Source of the DNA: the human T2T-CHM13v2.0 reference genome, Homo sapiens
Strand: one strand, 5' to 3'
NCBI RefSeq assembly: GCF_009914755.1
Contig: NC_060929.1
Length of the DNA stretch: 64,000 nucleotides
Shown here: in pieces, positions 27,360 through 42,176 of the stretch
How the letters are laid out: every line of letters starts with the position of its first letter
Position numbering within the stretch: position 1 is the first letter of the stretch
Made by a program: the position numbers and the translations under genes
Notes under the pieces: model-generated
What the model saw: the letters and a program-made list of their open reading frames with translations, nothing else
Told to the model about the DNA's origin: nothing
The model's database searches: none

Positions 27360-29227
27360 AAGTTAATTTTAATTATGGAATATTTCAGACATACTGAAAA
27401 GTCAAAAAAAGTACATACCATATATCCATCACTAAGATTAAACAGATGTCAGACTGTTTCTGTATTTACTTCGTTTCTCTCTTTTATTTTTACTTTTTTG
27501 GAAATAAAGCATTACAGATGGATTGAAAACCTAATCTTATTTCCCTTTCTTCTCTTACTCTAGAAGTTTGTTTTTTTCTTTCTCACGCATGTGTTAATAA
27601 TTTTATCATACATGTATGTATTCATGAATACTATCCTTTGGTTGCTTGCTTGCTTTCTGTATCTCATATCATGTTTTTGAAGTCTGTTCATGTTAACTCC
27701 TGCATCTGGCTTTTAAATTTTTATAGCTATATATTATAGAGTTTCAGTGTACACCTGAATTAGTTCCTTTGTTCTCTGGTTGACAGATGTTTAGATTTTT
27801 TCAGTTTTTTCTCCTATAAACAGTAGTGTGATGAACATAAATAGCCTCTTTCTTTGTGAATATTTGTGAAAAATTTCCTAATATAGACAATAGAAGTAGA
27901 ATTTCTGGTTATTGTGGATCATTATACATACATTCGACTTTGCTCGATATTCTCCAATTCCTCTTCAAGGGGTTTCACCAATTTACACTCCATCCACAGA
28001 ATAAAAGCATTCTTCTTATGAATCTGGTTATGGTGTAGTTTGTACTAATCCAGGTACAATGGTGAAATTGGCCAGATTTGTTAGCAGTCGCCACTTTTTG
28101 GGGAATTCTCGTTTCCTAGGCATCTCTACTTTTAAAGTGCCCAAAACATTCTGGGGATGATCTTTAAAAATTTCCTACTTTTAAAATATCAATCACTGGG
28201 TTTGCTTGACATTTCAATATTTTACTACTCTGATGGATGCAAATTGTATTTCATTTTGCTATTTTCATTCATTTTAATAGTTGCATAGGGCTTTTAATGC
28301 ATAGAATTTCTCTATTAGTGAGGTTATTCTCTTTTAATACATTCGTTAGCCTTTTGGATTTTGTCTTCTGTGATTTCTCAGTTCTTATCCATTATACATT
28401 TTTCTCTTGGATCGTATTTATTATTAATGCCTTCTTACAGTCTGTGACTTGCCTTTTTGCTTTGTTTATTGTATTAACGTTTTAAATTTTAATGTTGTCA
28501 AATTAATAATTTTCTCTTATAGTTTTGACTTGTCTTTTATTTAAGAAATTAATTTTTACCCCGAAGTCATAAATATATTCTCCAGAATCTTAAAGATTAG
28601 CTTTTTATGTTTAGAACATTATGTGGAGTTAATTTTTATGCATAAGCTGGAGATCTACTTTTGTCTTTTGCTACATGGATTGCCAAAATCTTCAGCAACA
28701 TTTATTGAATAGTGTATTTTTTTGCCATTTGATTTATAAATACCTACTCTCTCATGTACCATCTCCCATATGTATGTGGGCTCTCTGAGCCAATATCACA
28801 TTGCTTAAATTAGTATATAGTCTCATAGTAAGTTGATATCTATAAAAAAATCCTCCTTTATTCTTTTTCTTAAAAATAGTCTGGGCATTCTTGGCCTACT
28901 GAGTGAGTTTGAGGATCTATTTGTCAAGTCTCCTTAAAAACTTTATTGCGATTTTGATTGAAATCATATTGAATATGTTAATAGATTTCCTAATTTTAGG
29001 TGACCCTTAAATTCTTGGGACAATCTTTGTTTCATCACATTGTATTATTATTTTTAGGTATTGCTGTATTCAATTCGCTAATGTTTCAGGTAGAATTTTT
29101 ACTTGTGTCTTCACAAATAACGTTGCCTTTCTTTTTCTTTATTGTTCTTGCCTGATTTCTGTATTAAAGTAATAGCAGTCTCATTAAATGGGTTACAGAG
29201 ATCATCCTCTTATTCTATTGTCTAGAA
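27360..29227 (-). mobile_element. Ancient L1ME/MC 3' region and ORF2 fragment
   Basis: T-rich L1M motifs; ends at tctagaa, where MER58 is inserted. Confidence 0.75.
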
Positions 29228-29385
29228 CAGGGGTTGGCAAATTATGGCCAGCTCACCAAATCTGGTGTATTGACTATTTTGGTAAATAAAATTTTGTTGG
29301 AGGACAGTAATACCCATTTGTCTGTATACTGTCTATGGCTGCGTTTGTGCTACCACACAGAATTGCATGAACAATTGTATGTCCT
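29228..29385 (+). mobile_element. MER58A-like hAT MITE, 3' part missing here
   Basis: cagggttggcaaattatggcc...gtaaataaaattttgttgga...ctgtctatggctgc. Confidence 0.8.
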
Positions 29386-29389
29386 ATAT

Positions 29390-30428
<1,039 letters not shown>

Positions 30429-30847
30429 AGGTTGGTAAGCTGAGGCTATCATTGTCCTTTTTAAGATTATTAAATTCTAAGCTCAAAGCTTCTTGGACAG
30501 TATTGCTTGTATCAAATCAACTCCAAGCCTATGTGGGGCACAGCCTCAGGACTTCAACTTCTTATGGAGCCTTCCTCTTCTGTGCCCTACCAAAATTCAG
30601 GTTGAGATAGACTTATTGTCACTGCTCTGTGAGGGTGAGTAGATTCTTTCTAGTCCATCTTTTCACTGGGATTACAGGCCTTTCAAGAGGTGAATTCTAA
30701 CACTCCACCTTGCTTAGGCTCAACGCTTATCTCTTGTCTCCCTTTTCTCTTGTTTCTGAGATATTCACCTTTCACCTCACTCAGAGCATCTGCTACATCA
30801 CCTCAAACATATATTCTTTCTTTAGTTTTGGAAACTAGGAAATCACC

Positions 30848-31556
<709 letters not shown>

Positions 31557-31769
31557 GCCACATTTTTTTTTCTTGTGAGGTCCATTTTATATTTAAAACC
31601 ATATTTGATATATTCTACACAACATTTCTAACTGTTTGCAGCTAGAGGGTTTTCTGGTTAGCTGGAAAACATATTGTGGAAACCTAAGACTCAGACATAT
31701 TTCAGACAGCCACATTGTGCCTTCTGGACTCTGCCAATCTTCATTAAAGGTATCACCTGGTGTTTAACC

Positions 31770-31880
31770 ATGACTGCTAGACCAGAGATCAAGAGTCCCA
31801 GGTTTTTGTCACAACTTTTCATTAACTAGCTGAAAACTAATTAATTACTTCTTCTCAGCTTCAGGGATCTCATCTATAAA
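31770..31880 (+). mobile_element. MIR fragment
   Basis: attaactagctg...ctcagcttc...ctcatctataaaa core. Confidence 0.55.
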
Positions 31881-31892
31881 AGAGTGGCTTTC

Positions 31893-32168
31893 AGCTGGGC
31901 ACGGTGGCTCATGCCTGTAATCCTAGCACTTTGGGAGGCCAAGGCGGGGGGGCGGGGGCAAATCACCTGAGGTCAGGAGTTCGAGACCAGCCTGGCCAAC
32001 ATGGCGAAACCCTGTCTCTACTAAAAATACAAAAATTAGCCAGGCATGGTGGCACATGCCTGTAATCCCAGCTACTTGGGAGGCTGAGTTGGACCTGGGA
32101 GGCAGAGGTTGCAGTGAGCCGAGATTGCATCACTGCCCTCCAGCCTGGGTGACAGAGAGACTCTGCCT
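31893..32168 (+). mobile_element. Alu (AluSx-like) lacking an A-tail, with a small internal deletion
   Basis: Dimer ends gagactctgcctc with no poly(A). Confidence 0.9.
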
Positions 32169-33400
32169 CTTCAGGGCCCCCTCAGGAGCTGCAGAGATGT
32201 GAATGAGGTGAAGGCCATGCTGGTGGGTTCTGCACCCCCTGCCCACTTCAAGAAGCAGCCCCTTTTGTGTCTTTGCAATCTGAAAAATCTCTCATGTGGA
32301 TGAAGCCTTGTGGGACTAAAACAACCTTAAACACACTTTTTAAAGACAATGTCTCAAGTTTCTGTACCATTGTCGTAGCTTGTTATTTTCCATCAGTGGC
32401 CTAAGGCCCCACCTTGCTCAGCTACCCCTCCTAGTGTGTTCCACCGTCTCTAGATAAAACAGAGAGAACCACACCCCTGCAGCCAAGGGATCTGGGGGTC
32501 TTTTCAGGAGTTGGTGGCAGAGCCTGACCCAGGACAGGAGCCTCCTGGTCTTCCACCCTGTCTTCTCAAGACAGGGCTTTGTCACAGCAGGGCATACACA
32601 TGTGTGGGGCCATTATCTGTATGACATTTGTGAGCATAATACCCTGAACTTGCACAGAGCTTTTTTGTAAACTGTGGAAAGAATTACACTTACACTGATT
32701 CATTTAAAACACTGTCTGCCGTTTTGTCCTGTTACTTTCCTCCCATTTTCCTGCACTTGTGTCAGCTGACAGGACACCTGTCAACTGTTTAAGGGGTTGC
32801 TGTGAGAAAAATGCTGTCTGAGTACACTCAGGGAAGGGAGACTGCATAATAACACGTGATGGGCAGTCACCGTAGTCCGTATGTTTCTCATCACATCTGC
32901 AGCCATGACGTCTGCAAAGGACACTCATCACGCACCAAGGCCCAATCTGTAGCCCTTCTGTGTCCCTGAGCCCTGGGAGGCCCCTGTGGATCAGTATCTG
33001 ACAGAGGTACAGGTGCAGACAGCCTGAAAGAAGCAAATTCTTATTTTACTGGATTTCCTCAGAACAAAGCCTTTTGGTATTTGCACAGTATCAAAAAAAA
33101 AAAAAAATCTCATGGGCCTCTTTTCAGTTTTGAACATAAAAAAAAAAAAAAAAAAAAAAACCTAGTCTCTTTCCTTTAATACCAGCCTCAATCTCCTTTT
33201 AATTACCCTAATTTCTTCTTCAATAAATGCTCAGCACCTAATCGCCTTTGGCAATTTTCTCCTGGAGAGTTTCCTGTAATTTTTGCTTTCCTGCAGTTGT
33301 TTCACAATAGTTAGGGGGAAATGGTCCCTTATTTCTTTGTAGTGACATGGAGTTTGCCTCTCTCTATCAGAATACCAGGACCTGGTAAGAGTTTTGTCTA

Positions 33401-33703
<303 letters not shown>

Positions 33704-33959
33704 TTATATATATATAGCCTGATACATTTATGCCATGAGTTTACCTGGAGTCAGACTGCTGGATAACCATTACTTCATGCCTTATATCTACTCACCATTC
33801 ATAGACATCAATTTTAAATGATTTTCCCCTTATTAAGAATCTGAATTAACTCAATAAGGTTCAGGAGTATCAAATAAAAATGTTTTGCATTTATTTCTAA
33901 ATGTTTTTTAAATAATCTTTTCTGGAGTCTATGAAAACACAAGTAACATTAGCAATCAT

Positions 33960-34412
33960 AGTCTTTATGGCATATTTCTTACGCTTTTTGGTAAAAGCAC
34001 CTGAATTTTCATTTTGGGACCCATCTCTCCCCTATTCTCAATTCAGGTGGTTTAGGTGGAGTTGACTCTATCCTTGGCTGCAGAGGTGGAGAGAGAGCTC
34101 AGAAAAGGCCAGTGAGTGTGTTCTTTCTCCCTGGCCTCACCAGTTAGCTCAAAGATAGCTGCAAGATTCTTGCTCTAATTAAGAGAGAAATTTCTTCTCA
34201 TACCTGAGTGTGAACCTGCGAGAATATAGCATCGAAGCTGCTAGCAGCCATCTTGCCACAAGTTCGAGCCTGCCAATGAAGCCAATGTAGAGTAGAGCTG
34301 AGCCAAGAAATGGGAAGAGACCAGGTCCTTGTGATAGATCAAACTCTGCCAGTTGTACTCCTGGACTTTTTAGTTACACAAGACAAGAAACAACTCTCCT
34401 CCTTCCCTCCCC

Positions 34413-34458
<46 letters not shown>

Positions 34459-34528
34459 CACTGTATTGCTTTGTTAAGCCATTTCAATTTGAGTTTTCCC
34501 CGCCTGCAACTGCAAGATTCTAACCTCA
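33960..34528 (+). mobile_element. Old MLT1K/L-like LTR containing a (CA)n tract
   Basis: gcagccatcttgccac...cctggactttttagttacac...ttaagccatttc. Confidence 0.65.
34415..34455. repeat. (CA)n microsatellite, about 20 units
   Basis: Directly visible. Confidence 0.95.
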
Positions 34529-34529
34529 T

Positions 34530-34650
34530 CATTTGATAGACAAGGAAAGTCAAACTCAGAGAGAAGAAGTGACTTGGTCAAGAACATTGAGTGTGTAGAC
34601 TGGTGAAAGAACCAGGACTAGAATCCAGGTCCTGACTCCGACCATAGTTT
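34530..34650 (-). mobile_element. MIR
   Basis: ctcagagagaagaagtgacttggtcaag...ggactagaatccaggtcctgactcc. Confidence 0.8.
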
Positions 34651-34943
34651 TTACCATGGTCTTAGCTGAGTGCACGTGTAAGTGGTTTTGGAAGCCAAAA
34701 TAGATTGGAGACACTGGTAGAGGAATGGTGATAATTTAGTATATGGTTGGGGAACATTAAAAACGAGTTGTGAAAGTAACTATCAACTTATTAGGATGCT
34801 GAAGTCAAAATAGTGTTTTAGAAATAGATAAATAATCATCTAGATAAATCAGACTTGCACTAAAAATAGAACTGTAAGTACAAAGATAGTGGAAAAATAC
34901 ACAGGTTAGTTAATTCCAGCAGGTGTAGATATAAGTAAGAGAG

Positions 34944-35344
34944 TGTGATGATTAATACTGAGGTACAACTTGATTGGATTGAAGGATGCAAAATATTGAT
35001 CCCCTGGGTGTGTCTGTGAGGTTGCTGCCAAAGGAGATTAACATTTGAGTAAGTGTGCTGGGGAAGGCAGACCCACAGTTAATCTGGTGGGCACAGTCTA
35101 ATCAGCTGCCAGCAAATGTAAAGCAGGCAGAATAAGCCTGAAGGAGCTAGACAGGCCTAATCTCCCAGCCTACATCTTTCTCCCCTGCTGGATGCTTCCT
35201 GCCATCAGACATCAGACTCCAAGTTCTTCAGTTTTTAGACTGAGACTGGCTTTCCTTGCTCCTCAGGCTTGCAGACAGCCTATTGTGGGTCTTTGTGATC
35301 ATGTAAGGTAATACTTAATAAACTCCCCTTTATCTATCTGTCTG

Positions 35345-35408
<64 letters not shown>

Positions 35409-35453
35409 CCTATCCTATTAGTTCTGTTCCTCTACAGAACCCTGACTAATACA
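34944..35453 (+). mobile_element. Solo MLT2A (A1/A2-like) HERV-L LTR
   Basis: tgtgatg...cttgattggattgaaggatgc...ccctgactaataca; 5-bp TSD gagag at 34939-34943 and 35454-35458. Confidence 0.95.
35331..35413. repeat. (TCTA)n/(TCTG)n tetranucleotide STR
   Basis: Directly visible inside MLT2A. Confidence 0.95.
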
Positions 35454-35919
35454 GAGAGTAAGCATCTTGTTCTTTGCAACATATAAAACACAGGAAGCAT
35501 AACATTTGCACATTTGGAAGTAGACTAGCTAGCATTATGATTGTCACCAAAGAAGTACTGCTGAATGCCAAATATGATCACAGAATTAGAAACACTGAAG
35601 AACCATCCCTCTCTAACAACCCTCCTCTCCCCAGTCTAACACACACACACACACACACATACACCTGTACTCACACACATACAAGGAAGAAGAGATTATT
35701 TTTCAAGGGTACTCACTGGAAACCTGAATAGACTAAAAAGAGAAAACAAAGAAAGGAGATGGGGTTAATTCTATTTAAACATATAAACACAAACTATATA
35801 GAATTTATAAATTAAGCTAATTCTAAAAGTATAAAATATGTTTTATTATTCTACCTTGCTATGCAGGTAGAGTTAGGTTCAGAGTTAGAATTCTCACACT
35901 TTTAGGAGTTCCATGTCAG

Positions 35920-36388
35920 AATATAGCACCATAGGCCCCTAATCCCTGGGCCCTGGCTCCCTGGCTCCAGCATCCCTCACCTTGCCGCTCAGCCTGTGGC
36001 ACATGCACCTTGCTATCTCATCCCCAGCTCTGTCTTACCTCAGGAGGGTCCTCTCACACACATGTGAACACCCAGCCTGTGTATCTAAGCTCTGTTTTCT
36101 AAACCCCTAGAAAGAGCCACCCTTGAACTGCCACTTGGACCTAGGGGAGTGCATCTGAAGGCATGGTTTCTCCTTAAAGTGACAGACCTGAGGAAGAAGT
36201 CTATGTAGTCCCTGGAAGCAGGTTGGGGGAGAAGTATTTCTGGATCTAGTACAAGAGGAATGTGGTCTAGAAGGAAGGAGGGCTCAGGCCTGGGGGTACC
36301 TCCCCTTGGCCCACAGTGTCTTAGTTCAGAGGAGAGGGACTTGACCAGAGTGTGGAGTCCCTCTTGCCTAAGCCTTAGGGTGGTGATG
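35920..36388 (-). mobile_element. MER115/Zaphod-like hAT-Tip100 element
   Basis: GC-rich; right end ccctcttgcctaagccttagggtggtgatg resembles the reverse of the MER115 start. Confidence 0.55.
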
Positions 36389-37084
36389 GCTTTGCCTCCT
36401 CTACTCCTCCACTACCTGTTTTTGCAAGTATTTGGTTCTTAGGGCAATAGGGAGCATTTAGCACTTGCCAATTGAAATTGTGGCAGTACCGACAGCCTGC
36501 TGTTATAACTGAACCTCTCTCCTATTTTTAAGGGCCACAAAAGGATATACTGGGATTGCAAGGGAGAGTGATATCTCTGATGCTTTCTGCTGCTTTTTGT
36601 TTGCTACAATCTCTTCTCCTTCTAAAATAGATATTTGTGGTTAAATCACTGGACTGGACACATCCTTCCAAGGTCTCCTTACTCTAACAGTGCCTCACCT
36701 AACTACCCCGAACATTGACTTCTTTTGGCTGCTCATCCTCACCTTGGAACTATTTTCTCACCCTTCCCTCATGCTCACCTCTCTGGTCTGCATTTTCTGT
36801 GGCCTTTGACTTCCTTTTGGCTGCTTTTGGAATAACCTTTGGATTGCAGCGGTAGCTGTGTTTTTCTTTGGATTGCATGCACTTCTACACTGTTCCACCA
36901 CCTTATCATGCTCAGAGAATGATACTGGATATCACCCTGCAGTCCCCTGACTCCCACCCATGTCTGCCCTGGAAACCCCTACCCAGGTCCACTTTTCTAA
37001 TTAGCCTTTAGCTTGGTTCAGTCTTCTTACTGGAGCATAAAATATGGATTTACAGATACAGACACATATGCACATAGAAAAGAC

Positions 37085-37256
37085 ATTAGGAGTCTTCTCC
37101 AAGACTATGTAAGCATTCTTTGGCCCAAATCTTATATTTGATAGAAGAGGATGTGATCCCCATTGAGACTGTGGTCACACAGTCCACTGGTGACATGGCT
37201 GGGACTGGTACCCAGGCCTTCTGAACCTTACTTCATGGTTCTTCCCATTCTGCCAC
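37085..37256 (-). mobile_element. MIR
   Basis: ggtcacacag...ggctgggactggtacccaggccttctg. Confidence 0.6.
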
Positions 37257-38544
37257 AGAGACTCCCATCGTCCTATAGCAGATTTTCCCTCCGCTGCCAC
37301 CTATATCATTACTGGAACTAACAAGGTATAAGAAAGCCCCTTTTAAGCACAGTATTTCTCTTTTTATTTTCTCTTAGCTCAGGTTTCTCCTATTCTATGT
37401 TTATCCTCATAGTATCTTCTAGTCTATGCATACTAAAACAGATCTGTGATTTGCTTCATATTTGATTCTCTTTCTTCTCAATTCCAACCTTCTGAGAACA
37501 AAAATATATAACTTAAAAATTTTAAATTTCAGAAGCTAGTCTGTGAGTCTAGGATGGACAACTTGGAGGGAAACCTAAGGTTTTCACTTCTCGGCCTCAG
37601 AAATTGGAAACATGGTGAAAAAGGTGAATAGATGTTTATTCCTCTAGGTCATTCACTGACAATTAATGCTAAGATCATCTAAGGCTAAGAATATTATTTG
37701 TGTACCTTTACCCAACATTGCAACACATACCAACACATATGTCCACACGCACACACATGAACTCAATAGAAATGACTTATAATCTTTTATTGAACAATCA
37801 AATCCTCTTTGCAAAGTAACATGTGTTCCAGGACTAGGAGCAATTCATAGCACACAGATAATAGTTTCTAATGAAATTCAATTCCTCCATGTGTGTTTAC
37901 ATGTTACAGTATTGGAAAGAGCACATGAAAACATCCTTAGTATTCAATGATTTTAATATGTAACTTCTTCAGATCAACCAATCAGAAAATAATGTTATCT
38001 TTGCTTCCTACATGGCTCAATTATAGTTGTTCACATTCCATGGACTTTATGAGATTTTTTTTCTGACCTTATGGGACTTACAGCCTGGTTCACTCATATC
38101 TCTGTGTCCTTTTCAGATACATAATAAGTATTGAACAAATAAAACCAGTAAACAAACACATGATAAATTCAACTAATAAACCTAGTAAATGAATCAGATG
38201 AACTACTTACAGCCAACGTTGTATATCAGTTGCTAAACTCATTAGTGAAGCAGTCAATGTAAACAGAATTAACGTAGTTTCCAAATAGATAGAGTGAGAA
38301 TGGAAGAATTAAGACAGGCTAATTTTTTCTTTTATATTGTATAATTCTGAGAAAATTGGTTGAAAAACTGATGATCCTTATTTCAAAGCTTCTTGGTTAC
38401 ATTTGTGTAACCAAGACATAATTTGTATCTTGGTAGAATTTGATTAACTATCAGAAACATGAATGGATATGAAATCTGTCCTTGATATGGCATCTGTTTA
38501 CTAGTAAATCTTTATGTTCTGCTGCTCTTACCAAAAGGAATCCT

Positions 38545-38772
38545 GCTATTTACTGTGCACCTGTGTTTTACATATATGTTTAAATTTAATCATCACAATG
38601 GCCCTACTGGGGGTCAGGGTAATTACTATTTTCATCTTTGATATATGGAAACTTCAATTTGGGTGGTTCAATTAGGCTGTGTTGGGTCACAGAACTAAAA
38701 GGTGCTAAAGGTCAGACTTGGAACTTGATCTGTCTTACTGCCAAGTGCATGCTTCATGCCAGTGCTACCTCT
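38545..38772 (-). mobile_element. MIR
   Basis: tttactgtgcacc...tttaatcatcacaat...ggtcacag. Confidence 0.6.
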
Positions 38773-39144
38773 CTAAAAGGATGAAGTGAGTGATACCTTT
38801 AGGCAATAGTCTTATAACACTTCATTTACTTAACTTCCCTGTCAATAATTCAATTTCACTATAGAATCCTCTGTTGAGCCTTCCTTTGAAAAGAGAAAAA
38901 AAACCTGGGTATAAATTAGGTGTAATATTTCCTCTTCAGATAGCGTTCAAGTTCCTGGAAATGTTCTTTATACCAAAAAGTTTTCAGTAAAACCCACCTT
39001 TTGGAATGCTGAAGCTTTCTGAAAGGTCCACAGTAAAAAAAGAGATATTTAATAAAAATTTAATAAAAAGAGTCTTTAATAAAGACTCTGTCCTGAATTA
39101 TTGGTCAAACAGTGACGCTTACATGCCTAACAATAAATATAGCT

Positions 39145-39420
39145 AATAATATTAATGATAATTATACCAGGCATCATACTTGGCATTTTATATGATAATA
39201 GCCATAGCAGCATTGTTTGAATACTTATTAGGTGAAGGATGCTATATTTTGCATAAATTATCTCCCATTCTGTTTTTTTTATAACTTTCTATGAGGTAGA
39301 AATGTTGTCTTCATTTTACATATGAAAAACTGATCTTCAGAGAGGTTAACTTGTCTAAGATCACATAGCTAGTTAGTAGCAGAGCCTAGTATTGATTTTC
39401 TGACTAAGTAGGTGATTTTT
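39145..39420 (-). mobile_element. MIR
   Basis: cattttacatatgaaaaactga...cagagaggttaacttgtctaagatcacatagctagttagtagcagagc. Confidence 0.8.
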
Positions 39421-39541
39421 CTGAACTTGAACATAACAACTAGTAGACTGTGATTGTCTCCCAAAAGGGAATAGTCTTGTTGAATATTCTTTACTAGAGT
39501 GAAAGCTCATGGAATTAGTTCCCTCCCATATAGTTTCTTGG

Positions 39542-39849
39542 TTTTTTGTTTGTTTGTTTGTTTTGAGATGGAGTCTCGCTCTGTCACCCACGCTGGAGTG
39601 CAGTGGCCCAATGTCAGCTCACTGCAACCTCTGCCTCCTGGGTTCAAGTGATTCTTTTGCCTTAGCCTCCTGTGTTGCTGGGATTACAGGCTCACAACAC
39701 CATACCCAGCTATTTTTTGTATTTTTTTCAGTAGAGATGGGGTTTCACCATGTTGGCAAGGCTGGTCTCAAACTCCTGACCTCAAGTGATCTGCCCACCT
39801 CTGCCTCCCAAAGTGCAGGGATTACAGATGTGAGCCACTGTGCCCGGCC
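39542..39849 (-). mobile_element. Alu (AluSx/Sz-like)
   Basis: Full reverse dimer; TSD ctcccatatagtttct / ctcccgtatggtttct. Confidence 0.95.
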
Positions 39850-40078
39850 CCTCCCGTATGGTTTCTGAACATGCTTCCTATGTGAAAAGCTCTATGCCTG
39901 CAAAGGACTTTGGAGGATATAGTCAGACACTGACTTCACTTTGGAAGAGATTGCAGCCTGCACAGCAGAGAATGGACAAGCACACCAGAGCCATTTTTCA
40001 ATGTAGACAGGACTGTGTAGGGGACTGAGACAGATGCAATGGGAGTCCAAAGAAGGGTCTTACTCAACTTTGTATCTC

Positions 40079-40739
40079 TGTATTGGTCTGTTTCCATACT
40101 GCTATAAGGAACTACCTGAGAGTAGGTAATTTATGAAGAAAAGAGTTTTAATTGAATCACAGTTCCACTGGTTTGTACAGGAAGCATAGCTGGGAGGCCT
40201 CAGGAAACTTACAATCATGGCAGAAGGTGAAGGAGAGGTGAGCGTGTTCTTCATATGGCACTAGGAGTGAGCAGGGAAGTGTCAAAAAAAATTTTTTTTT
40301 TTTGATGGAGTCTCGCTCTGTCGCCCAGGGTGGAGTGCAGTGGCGCGATCTCGGCTCACTGCAACCTCCGCCTTCTGGGTTCAAGCAGTTCTCTGCCTCA
40401 GCCTTCTGAGTAGCTGGGATTACAGGTGCCCACCACCACCCCTGGCTAATTTTTTGTATTTTTAGTAGAGATGGAGTTTCACCATCTTGGCCAGGCTGGT
40501 CTTGAACTCCTGACCTCATGATCCATCTGCCTCGGGATTACAGGCATGAGCCACCACGCCCGGTCAGAAGTGTCATACACTTTCATACCATCAGATCTCC
40601 TGAGAACTCACTAACATGAGAACAGCATGGGGGAAATCCGCCCTCATGATACAATCACCTCCCGCTAGGTCCCTCCCCCAACATTGAGAATTCTAATTCA
40701 GCATGAGATATGGTGGGGGCACAAAGCCAAACTCTATCA
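40079..40739 (-). mobile_element. Solo MSTA/THE1D-like LTR interrupted by an Alu
   Basis: tgtattggtc...gggaggcctcaggaaacttacaatcatggcagaagg...tatca; 5-bp TSD atctc at 40074-40078 and 40740-40744. Confidence 0.9.
40292..40565 (-). mobile_element. Alu (AluSg/Sx-like) with small deletions
   Basis: Reverse dimer; TSD gaagtgtca. Confidence 0.95.
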
Positions 40740-41984
40740 ATCTCTCACCAGTATTTAGCAAAAAGAGAATTTTAAATATTTTTTGATGAGTAAAACGAAG
40801 TGGCAAAAGCTGCAAAAACTAGTATAAGATTCTTATTTTTCTGGATAAATGAAAGAATGCCAAAAGCTATCCAAACCAGTTTTCTTAAAACTAAAAAAAA
40901 AAAAAAAAAAAAAAAGAGTGATTCTAAAAAAAGAAGGACAGGAAAAATAACTTAAAAAAGGAAGGAGAGAGGGATATAGAATGGCGAGGAAGGGCAATGG
41001 AGATAACAGCAATTGACTGCAGTTTTAGAAGCAACAAAGATAACAGAAAACAGTTAATGCTTATTTGCTTTCTGAAGAAAATATCTCAGTTGCTCTCTGA
41101 ATGGCCTACTTTTCTGTGAACAGTAGGTGGAAGCCTCGTGTTTCCTTAAGTTACTCTAAAGCTTGACTGTAGCCTTTGAGAAAAGGCCAGGCTGTTTGGG
41201 AACTGGAAACTGTAGATTTTCACAAATTGCCCTACAATAGCCATTACTACTTTCTTTTTCCATTCAAGTAACAAGTATCCACTTAATTATACATAATTTT
41301 GTTCTCAATCCCCTATATTTCTAACGATTTTAAGAATGGTGATAAAGAGAGAATGAAGTTGAGTCTTCAGCTCTCTGCCCTAAGTTCTGGGAGAGGTAGG
41401 TAAAGACCATGTTGTAGCAGGTAAAGTCATCTTTCCACTTGGAATTTGAATTGACACAATTAAACCCACACATATGTGCATACATGTGTGTAAAATATAT
41501 CTAAAATCTCTGTATATTTAACTCTCTATATCTACTTTATATACCAGGAGTTCCCAAGGCTTATTGATTTCTAGTTCCATAACACCCAAGTTACTACTAT
41601 AAATTGTTTTGTCTATTTTTTCATAAAAAATTTCCATTTCTAAAAGCTAGAATTTTACACACTTCTCTGTACAAAAACTGCTTGCTAGTGATGTTCAGAA
41701 GATGGAAGATGGCCAGTCCCTATAATAGTTTCAGTGATGGATGTTTGCTCTTTGACTATGTATTTTATTGTGTTCTGCCTTGATTTCACATTGAAAAAAA
41801 TTATTTTGTTGTTTAACTCTTTGCTGATATTAGCAGCATTTTCATGATGTGGCATTATTATTTGTGTTCCAAGATCTCTATATTGTGGTTAGTTTGGATG
41901 AGGGTGAGTGAATTTTCAAGTCCTTACCAGTTAAAACCCATTTTACCCTTTAAATACAAGTAGGGCAGCATGAAGGCAAATCTA

Positions 41985-42176
41985 TAATGGTGTGGGCCCT
42001 GGAGCTTATAAAGATTGGCTCCCATTTTTAAGCAAATGTGTACAGAAATACCTTAATTTTGTAATTTACTAGAGCATATAATCATAAGAACATATTACAA
42101 AGGGTCTTCACTCTCAGAAGGGCTGGTGGAAGTGAGAACATAAGCTTCCTTAGCTTCATGGTTAAATTTGCCTCTG
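41985..42176 (-). mobile_element. MER53-like hAT element
   Basis: taagcttccttagcttcatggttaaatttgcctctg matches the reverse of the MER53 start. Confidence 0.65.

Noticed and set aside
34860-34869. Perfect MEF2 word ctaaaaatag
   Set aside because: Isolated single motif in AT-rich DNA with no supporting cluster.
37780-38150. Poly(A) signals on both strands and an acceptor at about 38116 suggesting terminal exons
   Set aside because: AT-rich DNA yields these words often, and there is no linked upstream structure.
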